Shown here in pieces: positions 6,426 to 7,991 of a stretch of DNA of 7,991 bases. The notes beneath the pieces are model-generated. The model was not told the DNA's origin. It saw only the letters and a list, made by a program, of their open reading frames with translations, and did no database searches. The stretch's first letter is position 1; each line of letters opens with the position of its first letter. The DNA is from a virus (Duplodnaviria; Heunggongvirae; Uroviricota; Caudoviricetes). A program made the position numbers and the translations under genes. Location of the stretch: the IMG/VR virus record IMGVR_UViG_2695420739_000008, positions 1 through 7,991 of that record; one strand, written 5' to 3'.

Positions 6426-6950
6426 ATGAATAATCATTCAGTTATTCCAGCCTTCGACTTCCGAGAAATGGTGCAAGCCAAAAACGGAGAGGTCGTTACC
6501 ACATCCAGAAAAATTGCCAAGTACTTCGGCAAGCGACACGGTGATGTTCTCAGGAAAATCGAGCAGGTTAAGGTTGATTGCTCGCGTGAGTTTAGCCAAC
6601 GCAATTTTGCGTCGGCTGATTATATCGATGAGCAGGGCAAGGTTCGCCCGATGTACAGCCTGACGAAAGATGGCTGGATCATGGTTGTGATGGGGTTCAC
6701 CGGGAAAGCTGCTGCGGCAATCAAGGAGAGCTATATCGCAGCATTCAACTGGATGGCAGAGCAACTGAGCCGCCGCATGGCAATTGGCGAAGAAATGCAG
6801 CACCGCTACGCCATCAAAGAAACACGCTCAAAGCTGAAAGGTACGATCGGCAGTCGGTTAATGAACGAACGGAAGAGAGAGAAGCGTGTCCTGGCTGTCG
6901 AGCATGAATACATTTTGCAGGTGACACAGCCTGAACTGCTGATTAATTGA
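6426..6950 (+). CDS. rha: Rha-family phage regulatory protein (antirepressor-like N-terminal domain)
   Basis: N-terminal region ...FDFREMVQAKNGEVVTTSRKIAKYFGKRHGDVLRKIEQ...MYSLTKDGWIMVVMGFTGKAAAAIKESYIAAFNWM matches the Rha/pRha domain pattern as recalled. Start ATG 6426 has a weak SD; an upstream GTG at 6390 is possible. Confidence 0.75.
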   Translation: MNNHSVIPAFDFREMVQAKNGEVVTTSRKIAKYFGKRHGDVLRKIEQVKVDCSREFSQRNFASADYIDEQGKVRPMYSLTKDGWIMVVMGFTGKAAAAIKESYIAAFNWMAEQLSRRMAIGEEMQHRYAIKETRSKLKGTIGSRLMNERKREKRVLAVEHEYILQVTQPELLIN

Positions 6951-7060
6951 AGATGTCATTACAAAGCCTATCTACGGGTGGGCTTGATAATGGCTTATAC
7001 CCTGCACGGGATAACTTAACTGATATCCCTTTTAACGGATAAAGGTATTCAGGCCTGACA

Positions 7061-7250
7061 CATCATGCGCTGTATCGTCGCCGTATTCCCGCATTAACCA
7101 TGACCGTAGCCCGACGGGGAACTCCTCTGCGCGAGTGTGCGGGAATAATCAAAAACGATGCACACCGGGTTTTTACCGCGCTAATGATTCGCGGGTTTGT
7201 CCCTCATGCTCGCCAGTCTTGTGCGAGGGTGGAAGAAACAGGGCATGTAT
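7061..7250. repeat. Conserved noncoding block downstream of the lysis/Rha genes, copy B (paralog of 890-1080)
   Basis: About 80% identical to 890-1080 with indels. The ORFs the tool places here (7100..7432, 7197..7466) are not conserved in copy A. Confidence 0.6.
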
Positions 7251-7328
7251 TCAGGAGCGTGCGACCGTGGTCGCACGACGCTGGTCTGTCAGACATTGAA
7301 TTCATTGCGAATAAACCAGAACGCTTGC

Positions 7329-7753
7329 GGGTCCTTTCCGGCAATCCGACAGGTTACGGGGCGGCGACCTCGCGGGTTTTCGCTATTTATGAAAATTTTC
7401 CGGGAACCATGTCCGGTTTCTCTTCAAGTTAACTATATGAAAAATATAAAAACAGGTCTTCTGTGAACCGGACATGCGCAAAAAATGGACATGTAAACCG
7501 GACATGACCGGTTTTGTTGTGATTGTGAGGTGAGAGTTTTTGCGAGGTGAGGAGTGGCTACGCAGACTGAAGTTGCCAGGCATTTAAGTCTGACCGATCG
7601 CCAGCTTCGCAGATTGCAGAAATTGCCGGGTGCCCCGATATCAAATAAGCGAGGGCAACTGGATCTGGATGCCTGGCGCGATTTTTACATATCGTATCTG
7701 AGGAGAAGTAAAAACGATGTGCCTGATGGCGATAGCGAAGACGACTATGAGGA
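7329..7753 (+). repeat. 425-bp direct repeat, copy B (cos site plus 5' 200 nt of the terminase small-subunit gene)
   Basis: See copy A (1867-2291). Confidence 0.9.
7337..7515 (+). other. Lambda-type cos site, copy B: cosQ, cosN (7359-7370), cosB R3 (7408-7418), I1, R2 (7466-7476), R1 (7496-7506)
   Basis: Same elements as copy A. Differences from copy A are confined to two positions in the cosQ-proximal region and three in the R2-R1 segment. Confidence 0.8.
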
Positions 7754-7991
7754 GAAATTGCTTATTGCCAGATGGGAACTGACAGCAGAACAGGCTGTTA
7801 CACAGCAGCTAAAAAATGAGGTGTCAAAAGGAAAACTGATTGACACCGGATTCTGTATTTTTGCCCTCAGTAAGCTGGCAATGGCGTTATCCAGTACGCT
7901 TGATTCCATCCCTTTATCCATGCAGCGACAGTTTCCTGATTTAACACCGCGCCATCTTGACCATCTGAAAACCCTTATTGCGAAGGGGGCA
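7554..7991 (+). CDS. Terminase small subunit (Nu1-like), 3' end outside the window
   Basis: GTG start with SD GAGGTGAGGAG. N-terminal HTH-like region; C-terminal part ...IDTGFCIFALSKLAMALSSTLDSIPLSMQRQFPDLTPRHLDHLK resembles lambda gpNu1 (...ETAFCTFVLSRIAGEIASILDGLPLSVQRRFPELENRHVDFLK) as recalled. The ORF is still open at the window end. Confidence 0.85.
   Translation, partial: MATQTEVARHLSLTDRQLRRLQKLPGAPISNKRGQLDLDAWRDFYISYLRRSKNDVPDGDSEDDYEEKLLIARWELTAEQAVTQQLKNEVSKGKLIDTGFCIFALSKLAMALSSTLDSIPLSMQRQFPDLTPRHLDHLKTLIAKGA

Noticed and set aside
6438-6803. Minus-strand 121-aa ORF inside the Rha gene
   Set aside because: Antisense to a gene with a recognisable Rha-domain pattern; no start context.
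7100-7466. Plus-strand ORFs 7100..7432 (110 aa) and 7197..7466 (89 aa)
   Set aside because: They run through the conserved noncoding block and across cosQ/cosN. The homologous region in copy A has no equivalent open frame because of indels, so these are probably chance ORFs.
1867-7753. Interpretation of the 425-bp direct repeats as IS or transposon ends, or as a target-site duplication
   Set aside because: The repeats are phage cos/terminase sequence, direct not inverted, far too long for a target-site duplication, and no transposase is present. Homologous or illegitimate recombination between phage modules fits better.
1-7991. Shiga toxin genes, tRNA genes and CRISPR arrays, which could be expected near nanS-p in Stx prophages
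   Set aside because: No stxA/stxB-like ORF, no tRNA-like cloverleaf signature and no regularly spaced short repeats were found anywhere in the window.

Overview
This window is late-region DNA of a lambdoid prophage (lambda / phage 21 / Stx-phage-like), with every confident gene on the + strand except one small minus-strand gene. It holds two paralogous 'end of lysis cassette -> cos -> terminase small subunit' junctions in direct orientation. Module A (1-2352): an intrinsic-terminator-like hairpin, two small membrane-type ORFs, an Rz/Rz1 spanin pair with no recognisable holin or endolysin, an AT-rich moron-like intergenic block carrying a minus-strand Arc-like ribbon-helix-helix ORF and an optional 46-aa hydrophobic ORF, a lambda-type cos site (cosQ / cosN GGGCGGCGACCT / cosB), and a terminase small-subunit gene truncated after codon 67. 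Module B (2401-7991): a 645-aa NanS-p-type sialate O-acetylesterase, two small ORFs, a complete phage-21-type lysis cassette (pinholin S, SAR endolysin R, Rz, Rz1), an Rha-family gene, a second cos site, and an apparently intact Nu1-like terminase small-subunit gene that runs off the window. A 425-bp block (cos plus the first 200 nt of the terminase gene) is repeated 5,462 bp apart with only 5 mismatches. No rRNA, tRNA, CRISPR array, IS element or stx gene was seen. All identifications come from reading the sequence and from recalled features of lambda and phage 21 proteins and of the lambda cos site; no database search or computation was possible, so family assignments are provisional.
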